A stretch of DNA of 63,142 nt, counting the filler, from Octopus bimaculoides (taxonomy: Eukaryota): the NCBI RefSeq assembly GCF_001194135.2. It is 10 parts of 10 records of this genome, joined end to end, with 100 filler letters (N's around TTAATTAATTAA, not from the genome) between each part and the next. Parts side by side here need not be neighbours in the genome. Positions count along the whole stretch, not along the records: positions 23,864 to 34,450 come from NC_069004.1; positions 34,551 to 40,729 come from NW_026390019.1; positions 40,830 to 46,428 come from NC_068981.1; 7 more parts are not named here. One strand, given 5' to 3'. The position numbers were made by a program, and so were the translations under genes. Below, piece after piece: positions 28,448-42,355 of the stretch. The notes beneath the pieces are model-generated. The model was given only the letters and a program-made list of their open reading frames with translations. It had not been told where the DNA came from and made no database searches. Every line of letters starts with the position of its first letter. Position 1 is the first letter of the stretch.

Positions 28448-29225
28448 ACGTATATTGTATATACCTATGTACGTGTATATGCATATCGATGCATATATAT
28501 ATATATATATGTCTGTGTGTGTGTGTGTGTGTCTACGTTTGTATATGTGTTTGTGTGTGTGTGTGTGTATGTGCACGTATGTGTTTGTGTGTGTGTGTAA
28601 GCCCAGTATATCCATGATGTAATCGACTTAATCCCTTTGTCTGTCCTTGTTTGTCTCCTTTATGTTTAGCCCCTTGTAGGCAATAAAGAAATACGAAACG
28701 TTAGCATACAGGATTAAACGCTTCGTCCGTCTTTACGTTCTGAGTTCAAGTTCCACCGTGGAAATATGTTTATGTAAATATATGTGTGTGTGTGTGTGTG
28801 TGTGTGTTTGTGTGTGTGTATGCAAGTATGTATTCATGCATGTATGTATGCATGTACGTTTTCATGTACGGTTGTAGTTAGGTAGGTAGGTAGGTAGGTA
28901 GGTAGGTAGGTAGGTAGGTAGGTGTATTTTAGACTGACTGATTCAATAAGCCATAGCAGGTGTATAGCCACATACCTATTTATGTCCCGGTTCAAAGGTA
29001 ATATGAGCGTGTTTACTTTTTATGCCATATTCGATATAACTCAGAAATTCACAAATTTTCAATTAATTATTGAAGGTTCTTGTGGTAAATGCTTCGTAAA
29101 TTGGATGAGCTGCGTGTGTAGTTACGATATGTCTTAAGTGAATGCTTACCTACAGCTAATATAGATATATATATATATATGTATGTATGTATATATATAT
29201 ATATGTACGTATGTATGTAATATGT

Positions 29226-29278
<53 letters not shown>

Positions 29279-29525
29279 NNNNNNNNNNNNNNNNNNNNNN
29301 NNNNNNNNNNNNNNNNNNNNNNNNNNNNNNNNNNNNNNNNNNNNNNNNNNNNNNNNNNNNNNNNNNNNNNNNNNNNNNNNNNNNNNNNNNNNNNNNNNNN
29401 NNNNNNNNNNNNNATATATATATATACACAAGTAATTGTAAGTATATGTATAGGAATGTATGTGTATACACAAACATGCGTGTGCACACACAGGCACGCA
29501 CGTACGTACGCACACACACATATAC

Positions 29526-29579
<54 letters not shown>

Positions 29580-32400
29580 CAACGTATCGAGATAATAACA
29601 TTGCCATCAATCGAATATATTTATGTGTGCAGATATCTATATGTATATGTATATATACATGTATGTGTGCGTATATGTGTGTGTGCGTATGTATGCGTAA
29701 ATATATATGTGTATATGCATGTATATGTACGTAAATATATTATGAGTATATATACATATATAGAACATTGGCCTACGTATATGCATATACAGAACAGAAC
29801 ACAAACTCGTTAAATTTTATGTTACATTAGATATCGTTAATGAGTTATTAAATAGCCAATTTGAAATTGATATTGAGAATGTTTTCAATATAACCAAATG
29901 TAAATCCAAATTTATGTGTTCTGCAATAATGACAGGCGAGAAGTATCAGTGACTTTATGAGAAACCGAGCATTCACAGAACCATTATATTTCTCTTTATA
30001 GGATCGGCCATAAATTGATCATAAATATGAAAGTGTTTCTATTGACAAGTAGACACGTGTCTTTTGACACATGATGGAAAATTCAGTTTTATATATATGT
30101 GTGTGTGTGTGTGTGTGTATAGATATTTATTGACATATACTTTGACACATAAACATACACATGCACACACCACAGGTACTTGCATACATACATGCATATA
30201 TATATATATATATATATATATGCATATATATATATGTGTGTGTGTGTATGTGTGTGTGTGTATATATATATAATTATTAATTTAATATAAAAATTGCTAT
30301 AAATTGCTTATTTCCATGCTGACTGCCTGATAATTATCATTAACGTGATTTTTTTCCTTATGTTATGAATATATATATCTTGGACCAACAAACTAAGTCC
30401 TAAGCAGCAAAATGTACTACACTAGTTAAAATATAATTCCAGGTAAAGAAATTATTACTGAAGATGCTGCACCGCCATGATTGTTACTATAATACTCTCA
30501 ACCACGACTAAAAGATAATTTTCAAATTTTCAGCTCGAAACTTGAAACGCAAAATACTTTTTACTCTTCTAGATAAAGACAAATGTAATTTACAGACATA
30601 ATGGTTCAAAGTACTTTTTGAAGATAAACGTACAAATCAAAATACATTTCTTAAGGAAATGTGTGAAGAAATACAAAACTTACACCGTCAGGCTTAAATC
30701 AAATACAAAGCGTAATAGATATTTACACATATTGCTTCAAATGTCCGATAAAGTTAATTACCTTCTTTCAGTAATCTATTTAAAGAGAATTCATACACAT
30801 TTCTCCAGTTTATATCAATCGCCAAACTAAGAAACAACATAATCCCGTGACAAATACGATACAGTCTTATGCATCACATATGTAAAATTCTATCGTATTG
30901 GTGTTTAGAATACAGAACACTACAGTGAAGTATTTTTCCTCTGGTATTTTTTACCTTTAACTTGATCCAGTCATTGGATTTCGTCCCCGCGGAGGCAAAG
31001 CTTTGATGGGTTTAGTTGAGGAAACTGACCCCAGTATTTATTTTTAATTCTGGTATTTATTCTCAGACCCTTCGACCGAATCATATTTCAACGTCCACGA
31101 CAGGATGAAAAGTTGTGACAACATCTAGAAATATGAACTCAGAAAATAATGTTGGATGAAGTGTCGGGAAACATTCTAACGATTCTCCCAGCCCACTGCA
31201 CTTATAATAATACTAATTGTTAATGATTAGAAGGAAAAAAAAGTAGTTGCAGAGTGATAGAATATTCTTAAGTGTTCAGCTTGAAAAAGTGCAGAATTAG
31301 CAGTAATTAAATCTGTAAAAATATATAAGAAGAAAAATATATAAAGTATTACTGCTGAAGTTGGAATTTGCTAAATAAATTTCTGAAATTTTTCATCAAA
31401 TGGTGTGTTGCCCTTTTTTTGTGGTGGGGTGGCTCTTAACAATTTTTTTAAAATTTAAGTTAATATTTTTGGTTTTAAAATTTCTTTATATTAAGCTAAA
31501 ACATTTCTGTGTTGTTTTATTATTGTTTTAATTTCATTTTCTTTACAAAACTCATTAGCCCAAAATTTTAAATCACAGATGTTGTGTTAAAATTAAACTT
31601 GTAGAATAAAATATAATTCAAAAATAAGAGTGAAAATGTAACAAAACACTTTATTTATAAACATACGAACAAATTTCTTTAATGATTGAATAATCAGAAA
31701 ACAAAGTATTTTCTATTTACAGGGAGAAAATTATTTTTAAAAAAATAAAATCTAATCGAGTACAAAATTTAGAAAGAACTCTAACTTTAAAAAACTCAGA
31801 ATTCATCAATTTTGCTTAATTGCAATTATGTGGGTTTTTTAAATATACAAAGCACTAAATTTTTAGTATTGAGTTTTTTAGAATAAACTTGCAAGCAATT
31901 AGTCGTTTCACTGAAATTGAAAATAAATAGTTTCTTGATTTGAACTTTTATGTAAAAATATAAAAGGGCATTTATTACTATTTTAGTTTTTCAATTTTAA
32001 CTTCAGCAACAATATTTTAAGTTCTTCTTGCCAAGTACTTTTCCAGAATTAACAACTGCTTGACCTGTACTTTTCCAGGTTCAATGCTTAAGAATATTCT
32101 AACACTTTGCTCCCGCATTTTTCATACTAGTTCGCGTTTCTTTTTCAGGTAACGCTTCTACAATTATAACTAATTATATTTGCCTTTATATTTTTCATTC
32201 TAGTAATACTAAAAATAAGAAAGAAATGTTTTAGCGCAATACACAAAAAGTTTTAAATCAAAACTATTAACTTAAATTTTTAAAAATAGTAATAAAAGGC
32301 AAAATATATTTCTAAAAAAATGCACACACTATTTGATGAACAATTTCAGTAATTTGTTTTGATCCAAATTTTTTCCAAACACCTTCAGCTTTATTTATCA

Positions 32401-32735
32401 CAGCTTTTGTTTGGTAGTCACATATCCTGTCAATATCATACTGTTTTTCTCAAATATACTGACAGTCAACAGTTGCCTGCTATATCAAAAGCAGTAAAGG
32501 GTTGTAATCATTGATAAATTTTTTAGATGTTTTTCTTTGAAATTGATAAAGCTTTTTTCTTTTAAATACATTTTCCATTTCTTCTTAATTTGACATTTTC
32601 AGCAACAGTGAAGAAAATGAATTTCCTTCAGCCTTAGGAAAGCCAAATCGACATTTGTTTACCACAATTTTTTCTTTCCTATAAATTTTTCCTATTCCAT
32701 AAATTCTCCAGCAAGTTTTGCTGCATGAATGTATT
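32401..32735 (-). mobile_element. Helitron/Helentron Rep-domain relic
   Basis: The minus strand gives NKCRFGFPK...KKLYQFQR...FINDYNPLLLLI*QATVDCQYI*EK, then SMILTGYVT..TKA in a shifted frame. This matches the Helitron Rep motifs CRF.FP and N.YNP.LL..W.AN.D.Q. Confidence 0.75.
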
Positions 32736-32812
32736 TGAAAACGACTGACCAAATTGTAGAGTGAGACTAGATACTGAGCATGTCAATCCATAAGTAATAT
32801 CGTGTTCAATAA

Positions 32813-33005
32813 AGGCGACGAGCTGGCAGAAACGTTAGCGTGACGGCTGAAATGCTTAACGGTAATTCGTCTGTCTTTACGTTCTGGTCGACTTTGCCTT
32901 TCATCCTTTCGGGGTCGATAAATTAAGTACCAGTTGCGTACTGGAGCCGATCTAATCGAATGGGCCCCTCCCCAAAATTTTCGGACCTTGTGCCTAGGGT
33001 AGAAA
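32813..33005 (+). mobile_element. SINE family A copy
   Basis: ggcgacgagctggcagaaacgttagc...gactttgcctttcatcctttcggggtcgataaattaagtaccagttgcgtactgg. Other partial or decayed copies lie at ~10985-11160(+), 25277-25368(+), 28620-28765, 30990-31200(-), 35058-35120(+), 36895-37025(+) and 55597-55790(-). Confidence 0.8.
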
Positions 33006-33296
33006 AGAATACTACATTCTCAAAATATAATGTGTGGTGCTGCCACAAATTGGATTGGTTTTACCATAGACACTTTATAAATTATAACTTGCAATCGGTG
33101 ATAAAAACGTCCACTAACGGCAATAACATCATTTACACACAACGTACTAATTTTGAGAGTTTAAATTTATATATATGAAATAAACTCACTTACACATAGG
33201 ATTTCCAATAAATAAAATGTCGTCCGAAAGGTAGAAATTTCTGCTTTTAATACGATTCTGCCAGCTCGCCACTTTATTTCTGCTCGTAATAATACT

Positions 33297-33505
33297 TTCT
33301 ACTATAGGTGCAAGGCCTGAAATCTGGGGGATGGACATAGTTGATTACATCGACCCCAGTGCTCAACTGGTACTTATCTTTTCGAGCTTCAAAGGAGGGA
33401 AGGAAAAGCCGATTTCGGCAGAATTAGAACTCAGAACGTGGAGACTGACGAAATACCTCTAAGCATTTTGCCCGTCATGCTAACGATTCTGCCAGCGCGC
33501 CGCCC
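33297..33505 (-). mobile_element. SINE family A copy (inverted relative to 32813-33005)
   Basis: This is the reverse complement of the family A pattern (gctaacgattctgccagcgcgccgcc at its 5' end). Confidence 0.8.
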
Positions 33506-33891
33506 TCTGCTAGTATTAACGATAACTCTTTCTACTCACAAGGCTTGAAATTTTAAGGGAGAGAGCTAACCTATTACGTAGGGACCAGTTTTTAACTGTT
33601 ATTTTATCGAGCCTTGTGTCAACGAAAGCGTTGTGAAAGAAAATTAGTAGACGTGGTGGTCCGTTATATGTGTGTGTGTGTGTCTTGTGCATGAGTGCCT
33701 GTTTTATCGAACAGAAATAAACAGATATGTTACGTCACGCTATTATAAGCGCTCACACAAAAACAGTATATACCTCTTTAAACATCACTGAATAGCAGAG
33801 AATATTTTTTTTCCATTTCCCTTTTTTTTTCAAACGGAAATATATTTGCATATATGCCCTGGCACACATGCAGACATACATGCATATCAGT

Positions 33892-33934
<43 letters not shown>

Positions 33935-34616
33935 CATATTTATACCATAAATATGGTATAAAACATATTTTCATAATACATTATTTTGTACATTTATATA
34001 CACATTTAAGCAATTTGTTTTTATTTTCCACTTTAGTATTTCCTTTGAAATTCACAAAAAATATATAAGAATGGCCGTTGCTATACATACATATGTTTGA
34101 AAGTGCGTATGAGCGCGCTTGTGTGTGTACGTGTGTGCTTTTTATATGCCTACATATGCACTCAAGTATAAACATACAGACACATGAAAACAAACTTTAT
34201 ATATATGTGTGTGCGTATGTGTGTATGTGTGTGTGTCTGTGTGTGTATGTGTGTGTATGTGTGTGTCTGTATATGTGTGTGATTGTATGTGTGTGAGGAT
34301 GTGCATGTATATGTAGATTTAGATAGATAGATAGATAGATAGATAGATACATTTCTTTTATTAGCCACACAGGGCTCAACGAAGATGGGACAAATACAAT
34401 GTAGAGCTTTTCTTTTTGGGAGGGGGAAGGAAGGAAAAAAAAAAAAAAAANNNNNNNNNNNNNNNNNNNNNNNNNNNNNNNNNNNNNNNNNNNNTTAATT
34501 AATTAANNNNNNNNNNNNNNNNNNNNNNNNNNNNNNNNNNNNNNNNNNNNTATATATATGTATACCTATCAATCTATCTATATATATATATATATACATA
34601 TATGTATACCTAACAA

Positions 34617-34648
<32 letters not shown>

Positions 34649-34967
34649 GATAGATAGATAGATATAGATATATACATATATGTATACCTATCAATCTATC
34701 TATATATATATACTCACGTATATATATACGCAGACATACATTGTACGCACACCATTAAGCGAGTACAATAGTTGTGTGTTTATGAGGTGGAAAGCTCTCT
34801 TTATAAAACATTCAAGTGCTAGTTGAAATGTGTGGGTAATGATGCGGGTTCGATACCCACCGTAACTTTCATTCACCTCAGTACACCCGCTAATGTGCAC
34901 CTCGTTTGGTTCTAAGTTGGGGGCAAGGAACATGGGAGATTGCCATCTTGATGCGTCTGTCTACCTA

Positions 34968-35060
<93 letters not shown>

Positions 35061-35601
35061 GGCGCGCTGGCAGAGACGTTAGCACGGCGGGAGAAATGCT
35101 TGGCGGTATTTCGTCTGTCTAGTCGAACTCCAACGTCTTGATGGCTGCTGTTTTGAAAATGAAAATAAAACAGAGACAAACGGACATTTCTCGAAAATGA
35201 TGTAAGGCGATCGACAAAAATAGATGAAGTCTATTCTATTAGTTACTTGTGGTCAATACAATTACTAGTTTCACGATTAATGGTACAAACGAAATAAATC
35301 AATTAAGAAGCACGTTTTCCGATCTTCAGTTGTATATACCATGTTTTAAGAAGAAAAAAAATATAATGACTATAAAATATATATACCTTCATTTGTCCAG
35401 ATCAATTCGTAACCCAAGGTATTCAATATTGAAAAATGTAAGGGAGGGAAAAGAAACAACTTCTTCATCCACATTTATAAACACGATCAAATCTGGCGGC
35501 AAATTATGAATGTATTGTTTCATCTTGTATGTAAACATATAGATGTCCGTATGTACATATATGTATGGATATATGCAAATAGTTATATATTATAAATGTT
35601 A

Positions 35602-35636
<35 letters not shown>

Positions 35637-36551
35637 NNNNNNNNNNNNNNNNNNNNNNNNNNNNNNNNNNNNNNNNNNNNNNNNNNNNNNNNNNNNNNNN
35701 NNNNNNNNNNNNNNNNNNNNNNNNNNNNNNNNNNNNNNNNNNNNNNNNNNNNNNNNNNNNNNNNNNNNNNNNNNNNNNNNNNNNNNNNNNNNNNNNNNNN
35801 NNNNNNNNNNNNNNNNNNNNNNNNNNNNNNNNNNNNNNNNNNNNNNNNNNNNNNNNNNNNNNNNNNNNNNNNNNNNNNNNNNNNNNNNNNNNNNNNNNNN
35901 NNNNNNNNNNNNNNNNNNNNNNNNNNNNNNNNNNNNNNNNNNNNNNNNNNNNNNNNNNNNNNNNNNNNNNNNNNNNNNNNNNNNNNNNNNNNNNNNNNNN
36001 NNNNNNNNNNNNNNNNNNNNNNNNNNNNNNNNNNNNNNNNNNNNNNNNNNNNNNNNNNNNNNNNNNNNNNNNNNNNNNNNNNNNNNNNNNNNNNNNNNNN
36101 NNNNNNNNNNNNNNNNNNNNNNNNNNNNNNNNNNNNNNNNNNNNNNNNNNNNNNNNNNNNNNNNNNNNNNNNNNNNNNNNNNNNNNNNNNNNNNNNNNNN
36201 NNNNNNNNNNNNNNNNNNNNNNNNNNNNNNNNNNNNNNNNNNNNNNNNNNNNNNNNNNNNNNNNNNNNNNNNNNNNNNNNNNNNNNNNNNNNNNNNNNNN
36301 NNNNNNNNNNNNNNNNNNNNNNNNNNNNNNNNNNNNNNNNNNNNNNNNNNNNNNNNNNNNNNNNNNNNNNNNNNNNNNNNNNNNNNNNNNNNNNNNNNNN
36401 NNNNNNNNNNNNNNNNNNNNNNNNNNNNNNNNNNNNNNNNNNNNNNNNNNNNNNNNNNNNNNNNNNNNNNNNNNNNNNNNNNNNNNNNNNNNNNNNNNNN
36501 NNNNNNNNNNNNNNNNNNNNNNNNNNNNNNNNNNNNNNNNNNNNNNNNNNN

Positions 36552-36865
36552 CCTCCTCTCCAGACGGATCTTGGAAACAAGATGGGCGATGAAGTAGTTC
36601 ACCAGCCCTCGTCTGGAGATGAACTGTCCTGTCGGAATTCCTCCTTTGGAAAAGGCGGAAGGCGGTACCATCTTAATCATGGACTCAGTCGAGAGTCGTA
36701 CACCTTCTGTATCCGACCTCAGTTGTTCGGTATAGGTTATCAAATCACTCAGCTGTCTGTCCTTGTAGTGTCCCCCCCCCCTGTGTTGTGGCCGGAAGTG
36801 CCGAATAAAGAAATCGGTCGTTCGGCAAAAAGCTGAACGTTCACACATCGTCTTCGATGAGAGAG
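36552..36865 (-). mobile_element. Tx1/L1-clade LINE ORF2 C-terminal relic
   Basis: SDLITYTEQL...VRLSTESMIKMVPPSAFSKGG..GQFISRRGLVNYFIAHLVSKIRLERR resembles the Tx1-type C-terminus (L..YVEQLL...LS.ESI.K..PP...G..LI.FF..HL..K.R.ER). It is cut by an N gap. Confidence 0.55.
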
Positions 36866-37032
36866 TCCATTATATAAATAATATTTAATATATCTAAGGC
36901 GGCGAGATCAACTTTGCCTTTCATCCTTTCGGGGTTCGATAATTTAAGTACCAGTTACACAATGAGGTCGATCTAATCGACTGACCCACTTTCCATAATA
37001 TTTCGGGCCTTGTGCATAAAGTAGAAAAGATA

Positions 37033-37064
<32 letters not shown>

Positions 37065-37143
37065 AAGGGTGACAGTATTATATTGTGTCAATGCTGTGAA
37101 TATTAAATGCCTAATTAGGAATAATAATAATAATAATAGTAGC

Positions 37144-37172
<29 letters not shown>

Positions 37173-37175
<3 letters not shown>

Positions 37176-37705
37176 CTGACAGAAAGATAGATGCAAATAG
37201 GCCAGACATCATACTGAAAGACTTCAGACAAAAATCATGCCTCCTCATTGATATGACTGTCCCAATCGATATAAACGTATCCTTCAAGACCTACCAAAAA
37301 ACTGAGCAAATATAAAGATCTTGAAATAGAAATTAGCAAAATGTGGAACCTGAAGACTAAAACAATACCTGTTGTCATAGGTGCCCTTGGAATGATAGCT
37401 AAAGGGGCTGATTGCTACCTAGCTCAGATACCAGGAAACCCCAAAATGGCAGAAATTCAAAAGATAGTGCTCATGGGAACTGCCCATATCCTACGTAAAA
37501 TACTGTCTATGTGATCTCAAATTTTAAAGCAAACACATAATTTTCTTATGGTTTCTTAAACATTTTCTAGAACAACACTATGTACAAATCCAAATATATG
37601 GTACCCTAGGCATAACACCTACATGAACTTCTAACTTGTTTGTCTCTTGAGGTCTCTGGGTGGGACTTGGATCCAACTTGTACAAATGCAAAGCAAAAGT
37701 CAAAC
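37173..37705 (+). mobile_element. 5'-truncated R4/Dong-type non-LTR retrotransposon (RLE domain + 3' UTR), family 1
   Basis: The open frame KTDRKIDANRPDIILKDFRQKSCLLIDMTVP...KLSKYKDL...IPVVIGALG...GTAHILRKILSM* (stop 37512-37514) has the PD..D..K..KY restriction-like endonuclease motif. It starts directly after an (AAT)n tract. Confidence 0.85.
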
Positions 37706-37754
37706 AAATGGCTGCCCTTGTGGCAAAATTTGAAATTATTATTACTATCATCAT

Positions 37755-37876
37755 CTTTTGCTTTGCATTTGTGAAAGTTGGCTCCAAGTCTCACCCAGAG
37801 ACAACAAGTTCATGTTGGTGTTATGCCGAGGGTGCCATATATATATATGGTTTTGTACATAATGTTGTTCTAGAAA
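37755..37876 (-). mobile_element. Inverted 3' UTR fragment of the same R4/Dong-type family
   Basis: Its reverse complement (tttctagaacaacattatgtacaaa...caaatgcaaagcaaaag) aligns to 37564-37699. Confidence 0.75.
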
Positions 37877-38119
37877 TTCGGTAGACGGAAACTGAAGGAA
37901 GCTCGTCGTAGACATACATGTATGTGTGTGTGTAATACATGTGTGTTTGTGTTTGCGTGTGTGTGTGAGCAATATTCAGAATTCGAAATCCATCCGAAAA
38001 TTAGTTGAGCAGTTTCAGTCGAAAAATACTGAGTCAAGATTAATTTGGAAGCTGTACAGTAGAGGGAGTGCGTGATAAATCTTACACACACACACAGAGT
38101 ATACATACATACACATGCG

Positions 38120-38161
<42 letters not shown>

Positions 38162-38355
38162 GTACTATGTGTATGCATAATACATGTGTTTTATGAGAAT
38201 GCATAAAGAGTTATATACTTAACACACATACGCACACACACACACGCATATACACATGCACATACATACGAACATATATGTGTGTGTGTGTGTAGGATAT
38301 ACATGTAAATGTGTAGGTATGTAATTTCATATGTATGTATATACATTGTCGTATT

Positions 38356-38400
<45 letters not shown>

Positions 38401-38455
38401 ATATACGCGTGTGTGATTGTATACATGTATGTATGAAGATGCGTACATATGTATA

Positions 38456-38500
<45 letters not shown>

Positions 38501-38881
38501 TTGGATATATATATACATATACATACATATAAATGTTTCTGTGTGTGTGTCTCTGTATGCATGTGTGTGTGTGTGTGTGTGCTCATATATCCAGATGAAT
38601 CTACCCGTCTGTGGGTACGCCTTTTTTTCACATCGCTGTAAATGAAGTAATAAACTAAACCCCCACCGCCACTCCACCGCACCCTTAACTCCCACCTCCC
38701 CACGGCAGTCACGCCTCGTTAAGCAAGCTTGTTACAGTGTCTGGTTTCACTAAAGTCTCACTAACCCACGTCTGAAGTCATTCAGCCGTGACTTCAGTTA
38801 GAAGATCCAACAGATCATCTCCACTTTACATTTGCACCGCCGCCGCCACCACCACCGCCACTACCAACGCCCACACCTCCT

Positions 38882-38912
<31 letters not shown>

Positions 38913-40067
38913 ACATCACCACCACCACTGCCACCACCAGAACTGACTTGGGGTTTAAATGACAAACACAAGGAAGGGCACATTATATAATGTAGTCCTA
39001 GATACACTATGTTTGAATAAAAGACAGAATGGTCACCTATGGAACATCTTTGATCATAGGTCTGCAGGATCAGGACTGACCTGGGGCTAAACTCCGTCAC
39101 CACCAGTACTACCACTACCACCCTAACCTATACTAGCGCCTATACGATAACCCCCCCTATAAACCACTGTTATTACTTCTGTTGCTATTACCACCACCAC
39201 CACCACCACACCACCACCACCACCACCACCATCGCTGGAACTACTACTACCACCACCACCACCACCATCATTACTACTACCACCACCACAATCACTACTA
39301 CTACCACCACNNNNNNNNNNNNNNNNNNNNNNNNNNNNNNNNNNNNNNNNNNNNNNNNNNNNNNNNNNNNNNNNNNNNNNNNNNNNNNNNNNNNNNNNNN
39401 NNNNNNNNNNNNNNNNNNNNNNNNNNNNNNNNNNNNNNNNNNNNNNNNNNNNNNNNNNNNNNNNNNNNNNNNNNNNNNNNNNNNNNNNNNNNNNNNNNNN
39501 NNNNNNNNNNNNNNNNNNNNNNNNNNNNNNNNNNNNNNNNNNNNNNNNNNNNNNNNNNNNNNNNNNNNNNNNNNNNNNNNNNNNNNNNNNNNNNNNNNNN
39601 NNNNNNNNNNNNNNNNNNNNNNNNNNNNNNNNNNNNNNNNNNNNNNNNNNNNNNNNNNNNNNNNNNNNNNNNNNNNNNNNNNNNNNNNNNNNNNNNNNNN
39701 NNNNNNNNNNNNNNNNNNNNNNNNNNNNNNNNNNNNNNNNNNNNNNNNNNNNNNNNNNNNNNNNNNNNNNNNNNNNNNNNNNNNGATGAAGATGGTGATG
39801 ATGGTGATGGCAGAAGTGGCGTTGCAGTTGCTGATGTGGACGGCGGTGGTAGTGGTGGTGGTAGTGGTGGCGAAGTTGGTATTGTTGTTGTTGTTGTTGT
39901 TCTAACCCTTGTAACCATCACTTCACATTATTTCACTTGACTTCATTAAAAAAATCCCTCAAACACCACATCGCAACACACTAGCGCCATCTCAGTAGCT
40001 TACCCTCCTTACACACACACGCGCGCGCGCTGGAGGGGGTGTGTGTATATATATATTCTTTTATAAT

Positions 40068-40530
40068 TTTATTCTTTTACTTGTTTCAGTCATTTGACTG
40101 ACCCCAGCGCTTATTCTTTGTAAGCCTAGTACTTATTCTATCGGTCACTTATGCCGAACCGCTAAACAGACCAGCATCGGTTGTCAGGCGATGTTGAGGG
40201 GACAAACACACACACACACACACACATACATATATATATACATATACGACGGGCTTTTCACTTTCCGTCTACTAAATCCACTCACAAGGCTTCGGTCGGC
40301 CCGAGGCTATAGCAGAAGACACTTGCCCAAGCTTGGGCAAGTGTCTTCTTCTATAGTCTCGGGCCGACCAAAGCCTTGTGAGTGGATTTGGTAGACAGAA
40401 ACTTAAAGAAGCCCATCGTATATGTGTGTGTGTGTGTGTGTGCACACGCGGACATGTGCATGTATCTGAGTGCGTCCTCCCATGTCGCCCCACAGTCGAT
40501 ATTACTTTGTTTACGTCCCCGTAACCTAAT
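40068..40530. mobile_element. Two composite family B SINEs fused head-to-head as a spacerless palindrome
   Basis: A minus copy (40068-40331) and a plus copy (40332-40530) meet at cttgcccaag|cttgggcaag. Confidence 0.85.
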
Positions 40531-40581
40531 GCATTGCATTAAACTACTATAATTCGTTACAGGTGGCCTAACATATGTATG

Positions 40582-40639
<58 letters not shown>

Positions 40640-41014
40640 TATGTATATATATATGTATATATATATGTATATATATGCAATATATATGCATATATATGTA
40701 TATATATGTATATATATGTATATATATGCNNNNNNNNNNNNNNNNNNNNNNNNNNNNNNNNNNNNNNNNNNNNTTAATTAATTAANNNNNNNNNNNNNNN
40801 NNNNNNNNNNNNNNNNNNNNNNNNNNNNNATATATATATAATTTTATTTAAAAGAGTTCCAACTCTGTCTGTTTTTTATGTTTTATTTATATTCTTGTAA
40901 AATTAATGTAGGATATAGAATATGGAATATATAATCTATAATATAAAAATAAATGGTAAAAATGAAATGAAGTATTGAATGTCTTATTGAATATATGAAC
41001 TATGTCTTATTGAA

Positions 41015-42276
41015 TAGGATGTCCCAAAATTAAGGCAACCGAAGTTTCGGGCTTTAATAACCATCAATAAATGTGGTAAGATATGAAAATTATACATTAT
41101 TATGAAAGCTTAGTGTGTCTTCTTTTTGTTTCAGTCTAAATAGATTCAGATTTATAAATGGAATAGTGGCTATAGACCGAAATGCAATCATAACCCTCTG
41201 CAAAGGAGGCGAAAGTAGTACAGCTGTAGCAAAAAGCTTAAAATTAGCCGAACAACAGGCTGGAAAATTGTCAAGAAATTTCAAGTGACTGGTTCCACCG
41301 CTGATCGACATGGACGTGGCCGAAAAAATGTGCGGGCCTTTCAGCTTATCAAAAGCACCATAAAAAAGACACGGCGAAACCTTCGTCGTTCCGTCAGAAA
41401 AGTGGCTGCCACAGCAAAACAATAAGCCAAATATCGAGTGCTGAAGGATAATCTCAGGACCCACTCCTAACAGATGATCCGCCGTCATGAGCTCATGCAA
41501 GTTTATAAGGCCATAAGACTGGAGAGAAATCGTCTTATCCTGCGTCAGATTGCTGAAGGCACGCTGCCCAACCTGGTGTTCTCTGATGAAAAGAAATTTG
41601 GCACTGAACAGGCAGTAAACCAACTTTAGAGTGTATCTGGTTCTGTCGAGGATAGACTCGTAAATCGGCGTCAAAATCCAGTCAGTTATGGTTTGGGTGA
41701 CTGTGACAGCCACTGGAAGGTCTCCACTCGTTTTTATGCCCTCGGGTGTTAAAATTAATACCCAGAGTTACATTATGGAAGGTGAACTGTTTCAATGGGC
41801 GAATGAGCACTTTCAAGGCATACCTTGGATCCTCCAACAGGACTTGGCACCATCCCACTGTTCCAAACAAACACAACACTGGAATACTGGATTCAGAAAA
41901 GCATTCCGTCGTTCATAGGCAAGGATGTATGACCCTCAAGAACCCCTGATCTCAACCCGTTGGATTTTTCTGTTTGGTCTAATTTGGAGACGTGGTCTCG
42001 AGCACTCTTCATACTTCGCTCGACGCTTTGAAGGCAAAACTGCGCCAGGAATCGACCTCGATTCAGCAAGAACAGCTGCGTGCGTCCGCGTATGAAGCAT
42101 TCGCACCTAGACTTAAGTCTGTACTTCGAAACAGAGGTGGTAATATCGAATAAATGTGCTAGTGTCATACTTGTGTTTCCTTTACCATTGCATTGTAATG
42201 CTCGGATCCGAAATATAACTATATTTTGCTTTAGCGAAATTGAAAAAAAGTTGATTACCGTAATCTTGGGACACCC

Positions 42277-42278
<2 letters not shown>
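41015..42278 (+). mobile_element. Full-length decayed Tc1/mariner transposon, DD37D (maT) type
   Basis: The TIRs are taggatgtcccaaaattaaggcaacc (41015) and gattaccgtaatcttgggacaccctg (ends 42278). The broken transposase has an HTH N-terminus, VFSDEKKF, VMVW, QQDLAPSH and PDLNPLDFSVW. After removing an 8-bp duplication (acactgga/atactgga) the second and third Asp are 37 residues apart. Several stops and frameshifts are present. Confidence 0.9.
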
Positions 42279-42355
<77 letters not shown>

